The notes below the pieces were generated by a model that saw nothing but the letters and a program-made list of their open reading frames with translations, was not told where the DNA came from and ran no database searches. The position numbers were made by a program, and so were the translations under genes. Below are positions 12,492-26,830 of a DNA stretch of 62,700 bases, piece after piece (position 1 is the first letter of the stretch; every line of letters starts with the position of its first letter). Source of the DNA: Paramecium tetraurelia (Eukaryota); NCBI GenBank assembly GCA_000165425.1, contig CT867997.1:620001-682700 (forward strand). The letters are read 5' to 3'.

Positions 12492-14025
12492 TCAAGATTT
12501 GGAAAGATGCTCTTTAAAATGTACTTGAATTTGTTCGAATTATTTCAATTTGGTTTCTAGATTTTCATCATCATCATCACCAAAATCATCTAATTAAAAA
12601 TCTGCTTATTTTTATTGTGGTATTTTTTTTTCTTTTTCTTTTTCTAAATCTTCAAAATCTTGGAATTACCCTACTTTTTATAACTGGCTCTCCTTTCTTT
12701 TAGTTTATCCAGTCTATTATTTCATCAAAGAGGATTCCCTTGAAAATGAGCTCTATCTTGAATTTTATCGAGAACGACTTAACTCAATAAGAATATATAA
12801 TACCCAGTAGATTTTGAGCCAAATCTTCCACCTATCTATTAAATTACTGAGGGTACGTAATTTAACATAACAGAGGATTGTTGACTAAGATTGGATTCAC
12901 ATTATTTATTTTTTTTTTCAGGTTTCTCTGAGAGTTTAAAGGCATCTTCTTATCCGAGTTCGAAGTCTTTACCCGATAATCTTGGTTGTTAACCATCCGA
13001 AGACTTGGTGGAGGTAGTTGATTAATCATTCCAATCAAATTTTCGATCCAATTGAAATCCTTATTACTGTGCAATTTTTTAGAATAAACTAAACAAATAT
13101 TTATAATCTGGGGTTGAAGTGAATTTAAGTTTTTAGACGTAATCCATGTATCTTTAAATTTCAGTTGGTAAACCTCTACATAAGTCTTTGGTATCTAATT
13201 CCATTTTTAGTTTGCCAACTAATTTAGTCTTTTCTTTGTCAGAAGACGAAGTAATATTTTACCAAGGTAAATTACCTAGGATTGTAAGTGAAATTACCTT
13301 TTAAGAGATATATAAAGACATATCCTAGGCTTTCTAAATCATCGCGTCTTGATAACTCATATCCTTTGTGTGCTGGGATACTCGCATATCTAGTAGTGCC
13401 CATGAATGGCTTCTGTTCTTAAAATGGACTTAAGATTATAGAAGAACAATTACATATGCTACCCATTGGTTTTGTATTTTTTAGAGATGCCAAAATCAAC
13501 TAGATAAACAGTATTGGTGTCATTGCCTCTTCCCATAAGAATGTTTTCTGGTTTGATGTCTCTGTGGACCACACCTCTTAAATATCAAGAAAATTGATTA
13601 CCTTTTATGAACTTCCTCTATTATGTCTAGTATTTGTTCTGCCAAATTACAAATACATTTTAGAGAGAACTTTCTAAATCGCTTTAGATAATGAGAGAGA
13701 TCGCGACCCAGTAATTGCATAGCCATACAATTCGCGTTATACTCGTTCCCATACCAATAGAGTTTAGGAATGCCTATGTGTACTTGAGTAATTTTACCTT
13801 GAATGCCTCTTAATTCTTCTATTATTTGTATTTCTCGCTCCAAACTCAACAGGTTGCCATTTTCCTTTTCTACTTTCAGAGCTACATATTCTCGAGAAAC
13901 TTTGTCTTAGCAAATGTAAACAACTCCAAAGGAGCCTTTTTAGATCAAAAATTGATACCTGCACTGAGTTTCTCTTTCTGGATAAACCTTCCATAATAAA
14001 CCCGATTTTTTTCTTATTATTACAT
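12492..14025 (-). CDS. casein kinase 1 family kinase
   Basis: [52 protein letters not shown] and [11 protein letters not shown] (CK1 signature). Confidence 0.93.
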
Positions 14026-14055
14026 TAATTATATTATAATATTTAATAATGCTCC

Positions 14056-16272
<2,217 letters not shown>

Positions 16273-16413
16273 TAAATTTTTAATTATTTATAAAGTATGT
16301 CTATGATTAAGAAATTCAATAAATAAGATGCAATTTAATAACTAATAATTATCAATTCATTTATTATATTATAAAAACAAGGGATTTAAAAGGGGAGTAG
16401 TGCTTAGAATATC

Positions 16414-16533
16414 GTTGTCGGCCATACTAAGCCTAAAGCACCGGATCCCATTCGAACTCCGAAGTTAAGCGGCTTAAGGCGAGGTTAGTACTAAGGTGGG
16501 GGACCGCTTGGGAAGTCCTCGTGTTGACAACCC
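16414..16533 (+). rRNA. 5S rRNA: 5S ribosomal RNA
   Basis: About 120 nt GC-rich island GTTGTCGGCCATACTAAG...CCGAAGTTAAGC...TTAGTACT...GGGAAGTCC...TTGACAAC with paired termini (GTTGTC/GACAAC). Confidence 0.96.
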
Positions 16534-16540
16534 TTTTTTT
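16534..16540 (+). terminator. RNA polymerase III oligo-T terminator
   Basis: T7 run immediately after the 5S 3' end. Confidence 0.85.
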
Positions 16541-16783
16541 ATTAATTAAAAGTAATTAACTTTTCATTTTACTTTTGGTGATTCATGAGTTTGCTTAAAA
16601 GTATAGATGTCGAATTATAAATCTCCTTCTAAAATAGATTTGATTTGATTTTACAAATATTGAGATAATCTGTGTCTTAATTGAGTTCATTAAGAATCAA
16701 TACAAATCACTCAAAATATCATTTTGGGTTGAATATTAATTTTTATTTTATCATAACTTTATTTAATATTTCATCCTTGAAAT

Positions 16784-17187
16784 ATGGGCTGTTCCGTTTA
16801 AAAACAAAAGCTTCCACTATCTCAATAAACTATTGCTGTATATTAAAAAATTAATAACCTAGTTCTCTATTAACACTCATACTCCTTAATCTTCATAGGA
16901 TATTACTGAGCGATAGCAAAATTTAAAAACTCTGAAATCACTATTGAAAAGCTCAAATTTTGCTACTTCATAGACTTACTAAACTAATAACAGAAGAAGA
17001 ATTAATCATCCAAAAAAATCATGATTTTCGATATTATGTTTATGCTTATATATTTGAATATTAATCTAAAATTATGATGGTATACTCCATTGAAGATAAA
17101 TACTACCAATAATTACCTTTCACAAGTAAATTTAGTTCCTATTAGCTATCGTCATACATCTATTTAAAGATATCTAATTCTAGTTGA
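16784..17187 (+). CDS. small MGC- protein, possibly frameshifted
   Basis: MGCSVQKQKLPLSQQTIA, then a gta..tag intron; the protein-like downstream frame needs a 1-nt shift near 16945. Confidence 0.35.
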
Positions 17188-17984
17188 ATGTGATTATGTA
17201 TGTGGGAATGTATTATTTAAAAAAAGATAAATAGAAAACATGAATTTAATTAAATAAGAAGTAAAGCATTATTCCTTGAAGGTCTTAATAAAATTTAAAT
17301 ATATTTGCTTACAACTCCAACACATTTACTTCAAAATAAAGGAATTAATAATAATTAAGAGATATAAAAATGGAATCGAAAAGTTGTGATTTTTGATTTA
17401 AATATAAACTATAATTTCTTGGATTGATTTATTTTTAATTACTTTTTTTATTTTATATTAATCAATTATAAATAAATTCGCTAGTGTTAAATCAATATTA
17501 GTCGTAATTTTAATTTAGTGGTCTATAAATACTCTGGCAAGAGCTCATTGTTCAACTATTAATTTTAGTCACTTTATGAACATACTGTAAAATAAAATAG
17601 AAATTCAAAATATACTGTACCTTTTTGTAGTCTAAATATTATTCAAAAATCGAATATGATTAAAAATAAAATAATATATTTCATGAATTTTCACTTTACT
17701 TAATTAAATGAAATGTCTTTAAGACTTTTTAAAGTTTTAAATACTTAATGTGAGGTACATTCTGTTAGGAAATTTGTAATTTAACTGATAAATTTATATA
17801 TGAGATATATATATATTTACTTAATAATGCTCTTCAGCTATAGCTGCATCCTATGCAGATTTCTTATAAAATTATGATTATATTTCAGTAGAAATCATAG
17901 CATGAAATCAAAAGAGTAATTATATATATATTTAATAGTCTATTATAAAGTAAAATTTAAACAGAGATATATAGGTGCTTTCTC

Positions 17985-19147
17985 TCAATGAGTTATTAAT
18001 AGTTTATTAAATTCATTAGAAAACTTATCTCCGTTGTATGTAAAATTAGAGAATTCCTGATACCTTCCTAATTCGCTGACAGGAGTATCATGGACACTGC
18101 TTTTTCTTATGAGATTCTGATCAAAAAATTTGAAAGGTCTTTCGTTTTACATTTCAAAAGGGGGTTCAATCTCTTTTCTTTCCATCATTTAAAAGTCAAC
18201 ATCTTTGAAAAAAGGATGCTCATAGATTTCTTGAGCATCTCTCTGTCCTCCTAGTCGTTCCTCTGGATTCCTTTTAAATAATTTAGTTAATAAGTCTGTT
18301 GCTTCTTCAGATAAGTGTTGTGGTATCTCAATATCTTTTCCTGCTGCATATTCTAAGATCTATTTTTTGGTTAGCTAATAAAAAGGTGGTTTACCAGTCA
18401 ACATATCATATAATAAGGCTCCGTATGTCCACCAATCACAAGACTTAGTATATATTTCTCCAAGAATGATTTCTGGTGCAATATATTCGAAAGTTCCACA
18501 GATACTTTTTGCATACATATCACCCCAAGAACATATTTTAGATAATCCAAAATCACATAATTTAATATGCCCTTCTGAATCTAATAAGATATTTTCTGGT
18601 TTCAAATCTCTATAGATGATATTCTGTTGATGTAGATAATCCAATCCAATTAGGATTTCGGCAGCATAGAACTTCATTTTTTTCTCTGTCATTCTGCCTT
18701 TTAATTTCATATGATAAAATAATTCTCCTCCTGATACAAATTCCATAATCAAATACAATTTGGTTTAACTCTAAAAAGCATAATGCAATTTAGTAATGAA
18801 GTTGTGATTTGTTATTTCTAGAATCTTCCTCTCCGTTTGAACATGTGTTTTCTATGTTAAATTTTTAACAGCCTTCTTGATTAACACTTTCATAGCATAC
18901 AATTTCAATGAAACTGTATGTTAAACTAACATTACTTTTCCATAACTACCCTTTCCCAAATTCTTAAATTAACCATAGTTAATACTCGTAACATAATAAA
19001 CTGACTCAATGAAACTTTTTTGCCATCCTCGTCCTATTAAGGGAACTCGGATATGACCTCTTCATCTTCATAGTTGTGATCCCTTTGTTTTATTGAATGG
19101 TCTTCAATTGCAGCTTATGGGCCTTCTTTGAAACAAACCAATCCCAT
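17985..19147 (-). CDS. AGC-family kinase (S6K/Akt-like)
   Basis: LGKGSYGKV, YAMKV, YRDLKPENIL, DFGLSK, CGTFEYIAPE, C-terminal hydrophobic motif FSNFTY, N-terminal MGLVC. Confidence 0.93.
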
Positions 19148-19206
19148 ATTTAATTATATTTATATATTACCAGCGCCAATCAATTAAATTTAAAAAAATT
19201 TGAGTT

Positions 19207-20183
19207 ATGATTTACTCTCTACTGGAATAACATCTTCAAAACGAACTTCTTGGATCAAAGCATCAACTCACAGAGTTCCAATTGGTCAATGTTTCTGATA
19301 ATATCTATTAGGATACCAAAGATTTCAAATATTTCCTGAACATTGCAAATCAAACACAATCTACCCTAATTGTTCAGTCCTACAAATTTGAATACGAATA
19401 CAACTTTGAGAACAACACAGTAGAATAACTAAATTGCCTGATTGAGTAGGCGAATGATGATCAAACAAGTATTTCAATTAATTTGCTCTAATACCAACAT
19501 CCAATTCCAACCCTATTAATCAAAAAAGCCTTCATCAAAAAACAAACACCTTAACCAGCACTCCAACCTCATTAAATTCACACATTGATTTCTTCAAATT
19601 CCAAATATCAAAAAACAGAAGTTTCTCACTCAAATTTGGACCTCGTTGAAAGATCCCAAAACATCGTTTACAAAGCAGCTGATCAAGAGAAAGTAAGTAA
19701 AAAAAGAGTTAAGGTTGAAAAATCACAACCCATTGATATCGATTCTATAAAAATGACCAAGGTTCAAGAGATTGCAGAAGCAAAAACCAAACTGGAAGTC
19801 AATGTAACTAAGTAATTGTTTAAGTAATAACAAAAAAAACATGATGAGAAAAACCAAAATCAATAACTGAAATCACTAGTAAGGAAACTCGACATTCCAG
19901 AAAAATGGAAGTAAGTCTCTTAAGAATTCAGTGCTTCTCACAAGAAAGTATGGGACATCAAATATTATGAGAAACTGGTCTTGTTGACAGAATCCATTTC
20001 CAAAAGTATTTAATATTTCTACTCATAGAATATTTCTATCAACACATCTTTAAAGAATGCATAGAGGAAGAATATTAAAAGAAATTCATTAGATATGCTT
20101 TGCCTCCTGATCTGAAGGATCCATCCATAATAAAAAAGAGGAAAGTCTATAGTAAAGATGTTGTTTGTGCTCTTTTTGAATGA
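19207..20183 (+). CDS. hypothetical protein
   Basis: Open ciliate-code frame MIYSLLEQHLQNELLGS...KDVVCALFE-TGA with one clear tiny intron near 20006-20028. Confidence 0.7.
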
Positions 20184-20214
20184 TAATTTTATCATATATA
20201 TATATAATTAAATT

Positions 20215-21035
20215 ATGGATTTGCAGCAAATGTAAGATGAAGTCATAGACACAAACAATATCAAAATTGTGGTTCTAGGAGCTGAAGGAGTTGGGAAGTC
20301 TAGCATTATCAATTAATTATGCGATAGACAATTCGATCTTGAAATTAAATCTACAACCTGTTATAAAATTGATAACGCTGAATATATAATAAATGATCAA
20401 TCATACAATCTGTCTTTTTGGGACTGTGGTTCCTATCACAACCAATCATATCAAGATGTGAAGAAGGTATTTTATTGCTTCAATTAGGCATTTTACAGAG
20501 GTTCCTTATTTGCATTCCTTGTAGTTGATGCAACCTGTACGGATTAACTAAGAAGTACAATTCAATTTTGGGATCAGGAATGTGAAGATTACAATGTATT
20601 TACTAAATATGTGCTTGTGAATAAAATGGATTTGGTAGATGACATTGAAGTAATGAATTGCAATAAAACTATATCTATTGGATAAATGAATGAGGATGAA
20701 GATCATTCTCATATTTAGATGATAAATTAGAATCAGAATCAAATAGACCAAAAAGAAGAAATCAAATTAATGTTTAGTAACTTAGAATTAAACACACAGT
20801 GCTTTTTTGGAAGTGCAAAAAAAAAGGAAATGGGCTACAAAGACTTTCTGATTAAATTGATCAAAGGTAAGTCTTACATACTCAATTTCTAGATAATAAT
20901 ATTTTCAATCTCCAAAAGGCTGATTCTGATAGAAGAATTCAAAAAAATAGGTAGAATGAATCAAGTATCAGATAGTCATTGCCAATTGAAAGTCAGAGGA
21001 AATCAAGTGAATAGATCAAGTGCAATGTATATTGA
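20215..21035 (+). CDS. divergent Rab/Ras-like small GTPase
   Basis: KIVVLGAEGVGKSS (G1), FWDCGS (altered G3), VNKMD (G4), GSAK (G5), C-terminal KCNVY-stop; two introns. Confidence 0.85.
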
Positions 21036-21129
21036 TAATTTAAACACTTATAATACAGTATTTATAATTGATGTGATTATTATTTTGTTGCATAAACAAA
21101 AATTAAAATAAATAATTTACACGTATTAA

Positions 21130-23798
21130 ATGTCTTTGAAGTTCGAGATAAAGAAGAAGCATGTTGCTCGTTCAGAAAGAGTTAAGAGCGTAGAGTTGCA
21201 TCCAGAATATGCATGGGTATTATCAGGATTATATAGCGGAGTTATAACAATTCAAGATTATGCTACATAAGTATATCAAATATTTAATTAGACTATTGTT
21301 AAATAAATAGAAGTCAATTAAAAACAGTAGCCTGTCAGATGTGCAAAGTTTATAACAAAGAAATAGTGGGTTGTGGCTGTGAGTGATGATCTTCAATTGA
21401 GAGTGTTCAATTATAATACAAATGAAAAGATCAAAGTAAAATAGAAGTTAATAGTTAGGCATTTGACGCTCATACTGATTATATTAGATGTGTGATTGTG
21501 CATCCATCTTAGCCATATTTAATAACAAGTTCAGATGATACGACAATAAAGTTATGGGACATTGATAATAATTTTACATTGATAAGAACATTTGAAGATC
21601 ATGTAAATTATGTGATGATGGTTGCATTCAATCCAAGAGATCCTAACACATTTGCAAGTGCAAGTATGGATAACACAGTAAAGGTGTGGACAATCCAGAA
21701 TAGCAAACCTAATTTCACATTGACTGGTCATGAAGGTGGAGTCAATTGTGTTGATTTTCATCATGGAGATAAACCTTATCTGATATCAGGTGGAGATGAT
21801 AGATCCATTAAGATATGGGATTACCAAACCAAATAATGCATACACACCTTGGAAGCACATCAATAAAACATATCATCAGCTAAATTCCACCCAGATTTAC
21901 CACTCATTATTTCAAGTATCTCTAATTAAATATCATTTCATAGCTGCTGAAGACGGAGTCATTAGATTCTGGCATTCAAATACCTATAAATTAGAAACAT
22001 CACTCAATTATAATATGGAAAGAGTTTGGAGTTTGGATATAGGAAAAGATAATACATTGGCCTTTGGTTTTGATGAAGGAACCGTTGTTGTTAAGATCGG
22101 TTAAGATGAACCCATTGTTTCTATGCAACAAGGAAAGGTCGTCTATGGTAAGAACTTTGAATTCTTTACAATCAATCTCAAAGCCATAAATAACACATCA
22201 AATGACGGATAAGTTGTATAGACAAATTCCAAAGAACTGGGAATTAGTGATATCTATCCCTGTGGTGTCAGACATAGTCCTAATGGTCATTTATTTGCAA
22301 TTTTCAGTGACTCTGAATACACAATATACAGATCACAGAACTTTAAGAATTCAGGTTTCGGATCTGGCACAGATTTAATATGGTCATCAAATGGGGATTA
22401 TGCAGTCAGGGAAATGTATTCCATCAAAATATTCAAAAACAACACTTTAAGTTATGAAATGAAAACAGATTATATGGTTGAACAATTATTTGCTGGACCT
22501 TTGTTGGGTGCTAGAAGTTCTGAATTTATTATATTTTATGATTGGGACACAGCCAAAGTTATCAGAAGGATTGATGTCTCTCCCAAAAAAGTAATTTGGA
22601 ATGATACAAATACTATTGCTGCATTGGCAACAAATGATGAAGTGTATTTCTTACAATATGATCCAGAACAATTACCAATCTTTTTACAACAAGAGGAAGA
22701 ACCTGATGGTTTTGAAGATGCCTTCTAACCATTATGTGACATAACTGAATCCATCAACTCTGGATATTTCATTTAAGATGTCTTCTATTATACCACTTTG
22801 AATGGCAAAATAGCATACTCTGTTAATGGAAAGGTATTCATTGTGGACCAAGATAAAAGGTATTTCATCATTGGTTACATTCAACAATAAAATAAACTCT
22901 ATCTCATAGACAAAAACTATTCAATTATTAGTTATGAGGTTAATAGCAATGTGGTTGAATTTCAAACTTAAATTCTTAAGAAATAGTATCAAAAGGCAGA
23001 AGAAATCCTATAAACCATTCCACTTCAATATTATGACAAATTATCCAAGTTTCTAGACACTCTTAATTTGAAGGAATGGGCCTATAAATTAGTCTAAGAC
23101 TAGGATCATAAATTTGATCTCGCTTTACAACTTGCCTTTGTTGATGATGCTTTCCAAATAGCATAGCAAAGCTAAGACACACTCAAGTTAAGATAAGTTG
23201 GAGATCTTGCTTTACAATAAGGAAGAATTAAAATAGCTGCTTAAGCTTTAGAATAAGCAGATGATTTTGGAGGACTCTTATTAATTTATTCTTCATTAGG
23301 ATTGAAGAATCAACTATTGCAATTGGGAGATAAGGCCTTCCAACAAACCAAAATGAATATTGCATTCTCTGCTTATTTCCTATGTGCCAACCTAGACAAA
23401 TGTCTTGAAGTTCTTATCAAAAGTAATAGATTACCAGAAGCTGCCTTCTTTGCTAAAACATATTGTCCATCTAAAATTAGTCCAATTGTTAAATTATGGA
23501 AAGACTCTTTAGCTAAAACACATCCAATCATATGTAATATCTATACAATAAATATTAGCATAAAAAATTGCTGATCCTTTTGATTATCCTGCTTAATTTA
23601 ATGATCTTAAATTAGCCATCAAGGTGGAAAAATTCTATGAAAACATTAGAAAATAGGCCATTCCAGCTGATCAATTTAAATAAGTATTCATTTTCTTTAC
23701 ATTAATAGTTCTAAGAATTCTTGAATCAAGATCTATTTACATAATTGCAAAATAACCCTAATTTGGATCTTTCATAAATCACTTATGGATCTGTTTGA
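21130..23798 (+). CDS. COPB2: coatomer subunit beta'
   Basis: MSLKFEIKKKHVARSERVKSVELHP, AHTDYIRC, FEDHVNYVMMVAFNPRDPNTFASASMD, GHEGGVNCVDF and LPEAAFFAKTYCPS. Confidence 0.96.
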
Positions 23799-23843
23799 GA
23801 AAATTACATAATGTATATCATATTATAAATTTTATTAATTAAT

Positions 23844-26801
23844 ATGAACATCGGTCAAGCAAACTGCACCATTGATGATTTTCGTCATCTATTGTAATTA
23901 TTAGAAACAAAGGAACCTTATAATTTATAGCTTTAACTCAAATAAGGTTAATCTAACCATTATTTTTTAGCTCAACTCCTACACAAAATGTAAAATTACG
24001 AATAAGCTATGTTTCATTATGATAAAGCACTTAAAATAGATCCAAACAACTTTTAAATTTATCTTGATAAAGGTTTCACCCTAAGTAATTATTTCTAGCA
24101 AAAACTTTATTTTAATTGAAACTTTTTACAGAAGCTATTGAATGCATAGAGTTAGCAGATAGGAGAAGCACAAATAATCCTTTTGTTTATCTTACAAAAG
24201 GTATTCAAACTTTGTCTAACTAAAAAAGGATTGTTCCTTGAATTATTACATTAGCCAGAAGATGCTCTCGATGTTTATAATAAAGCCCTAAACTATGCTA
24301 GATACAACTAGGATATTCCAATAGCAAAAGGTTTGAAATAATTTAATTATAGCTAATCTTCTATATAAATTAAATAAATTCGATGAGGCTATTAATACTA
24401 TGAACGAAGCTATTGCTCAAGATCCTTACAATTTAGATCTATTAAAATTTAAAGTGAAGTTATTAGTCTTAATGAATAATATTGAAGAGGCAATGATTAA
24501 TATTTAAGAAGTAACAAAATTAGATCCAGAATTTTCAACTTCAAAAATTGATAATTTGTTTATTTAGAATTTAGAAGATTAGAAATAATTATAAGAACTA
24601 TATTCAATCTAAGTTTATGGTTATGAAGTATATCTTCTGAAGGGTATAAATTAAAAATAATTATAGCTTTTGTTTTACATGGCTTGCAAAAATATGATGA
24701 AGTTATTGAATGCTTTAATGAAGCTATAGCGAAATTTCCAAATCATAGAGAAATCTATCTTGAAAAAGGTAAATTGTACTTAATTTCAATAGCAACTTAT
24801 CTAAGTTAATTATTTAAGTTTGATCAGTCAAATTAATGTTATGATCAAGTAATTGATAATTTTCCTGCTGATTCTCATATATATTTAAAGAAGGGTAACA
24901 ATGATTAAAATATTAAATCAAATAGGCTAAAACTTAATTTCACAACATAAATATTAGCCGGCTTTGGTACTCTATGATGAAGCAATTGGAAAATTAGATA
25001 ATAATTTAGATTTATTAATTGCTAAAGGTATTCTCTGAGATAATTTGATTAGCTCAGCTGTTAGGAAAATTGCATATGTATGTTACAGCTATGAAGTGTT
25101 TTGAATAAGCAATTAAATAGTTTCCTTGCAAATTTGAATCCTACTATCATCAAGGTAATCAAATAACAAATCTAAGGCGACTTTTTAATTAAATGGAATA
25201 AGTATTCTGAGGCAATAGAATCTTACTCAAAAGCTATTCTATATTCTCCCAATAATCATGAGATTTACAATAAAATCAGTAAATTTAATATATATTTGAT
25301 TAGTTACTACTCTAATTTAAATAAAAAGAAAAACAGAAGCTTTTAAATTATTCAAAGAGGCATCCCTAAAGTTTCCTTATGAATTCAATATACAAATAAG
25401 TCTATGTATATTATTTATTTATTTATTTAGTAAAACAACTAACCTCTTCAGTTAATATGTTCGAAGCCATAGAACAGGAGAATCTTATTTTAAGACTTGA
25501 TGCTAATAATCACTTACCCAACTTAGCAAAAGGTGTAGTCTATCTGCTATAATTAAGGCATTCTCCTAGATTTTTGGGCTCTTGGAGATTAAGCGATTGA
25601 GCAAGTGGGTAGAGCTATTGTTTAAAACCCTTACTTTACTTATTCGTACATCCAAAGGAGTAACAAATTCAACATTTTAGGTCATTTGATAATTTAGTAG
25701 AATGATATCGATTAAAATATAGAATATTTAGATTAAGCTCTATTGATTGATCCTTATAACTCTGAAATCTATATTAGAAAAGGTAATATTAATAGCAAAT
25801 TAATAGCTGATACTTTATTAGAAGCATCCAGATACACTGAGGCATTAGATTGCTTAGAGATAGCTCTATAGAGAGCAAAATATGATGAAAACATTGTTAA
25901 ACGGTAAGGTAAAAAAATAGTAAATGGTAGTTGAAACAATAAGAGATTCTGAAATTGATATTAATTTAGTTGATTGTTATGAGAGAGTGTTGAAAATGAA
26001 TCCATACCAAATAGAGTTCTATTTTGGTAAAGGTAAAATACATAAATTAAAAATATAGGAAAGGTTTTGTTCAGATAACTGGATTATGAGAAAGCATTAA
26101 GTTGTTATGATTAAGTTATAAAAATAAATCCATTTTAAATTGATGCATTTTTACCAAAAGGTAGATTGTAAAATAAGAATAGCTTTACAATTACATTATT
26201 TAAATTATTACGATAAAGAGATCTCTCAATATGAGATAGCAATATCGATAGACCCTACAAATTGTGATGTTTTTGAAAAGAAGGGTAAATTTTATTCATA
26301 CAGACAGCGTTTACCTTAGCTAATTTAAATCGATTAGAAGAAGGAATTTAATGTTTCAATGAGGGAATTAAATTAAATCCACACAATAAAGAAATTTATC
26401 TTTAAAAAGGTAGGAGTTATTTATTTATTAAATAGCTGAATTTTTAAATATCTATGATAGAAGATAAGAAGCTATCCAATGTTATGATGATGCAATTTTG
26501 GCATCAATAAACGATCCTTAGATCTACTAAAAAAAAGGTAGAATCTATATTAATACATAGGTGCATTGTTACTCAAAGAAGAGAGAGCGTATGAAGCTAT
26601 GCTATGTTACAATACAGTTTTAGCAGCATTTCCTCAGATGACCAAAAGTTATAGATATAAAGGTAGATGAGATTCGAATATTTAGGAATTTGTTTATTTT
26701 TGTAGCAAGATTTGAGAAAAGTCATTTAATATATAAGATTATTTTCAATATTTGACAATTAATAAAACTATTCAGTTGAAGAGATTAAAGAAAAGTTTTG
26801 A
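23844..26801 (+). CDS. TPR-repeat protein (over 20 repeats, 21 introns)
   Basis: Recurrent 34-aa units such as YEQAMFHYDKALKIDPNNFQIYLDK and YEKALSCYDQVIKINP, in register with the exon boundaries. Confidence 0.9.
23947..26685 (+). repeat. periodic array of 102-nt exons and 21-31-nt phase-1 introns
   Basis: Donors at 23947, 24073, 24201, 24331, 24644, 24769, 24895, 25028 and on to 26663, about 125 nt apart. Six exons I counted exactly are each 102 nt. Confidence 0.88.
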
Positions 26802-26830
26802 TGAATCATATATAATTAATAATTACAAAT

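Noticed and set aside
17835..17858. 12-bp palindrome CAGCTATAGCTG overlapping the hairpin CTGCAT-CCT-ATGCAG
   Set aside because: It is short, occurs once, and is probably part of a small minus-strand coding remnant (KKSAQDAAIAEEHY).
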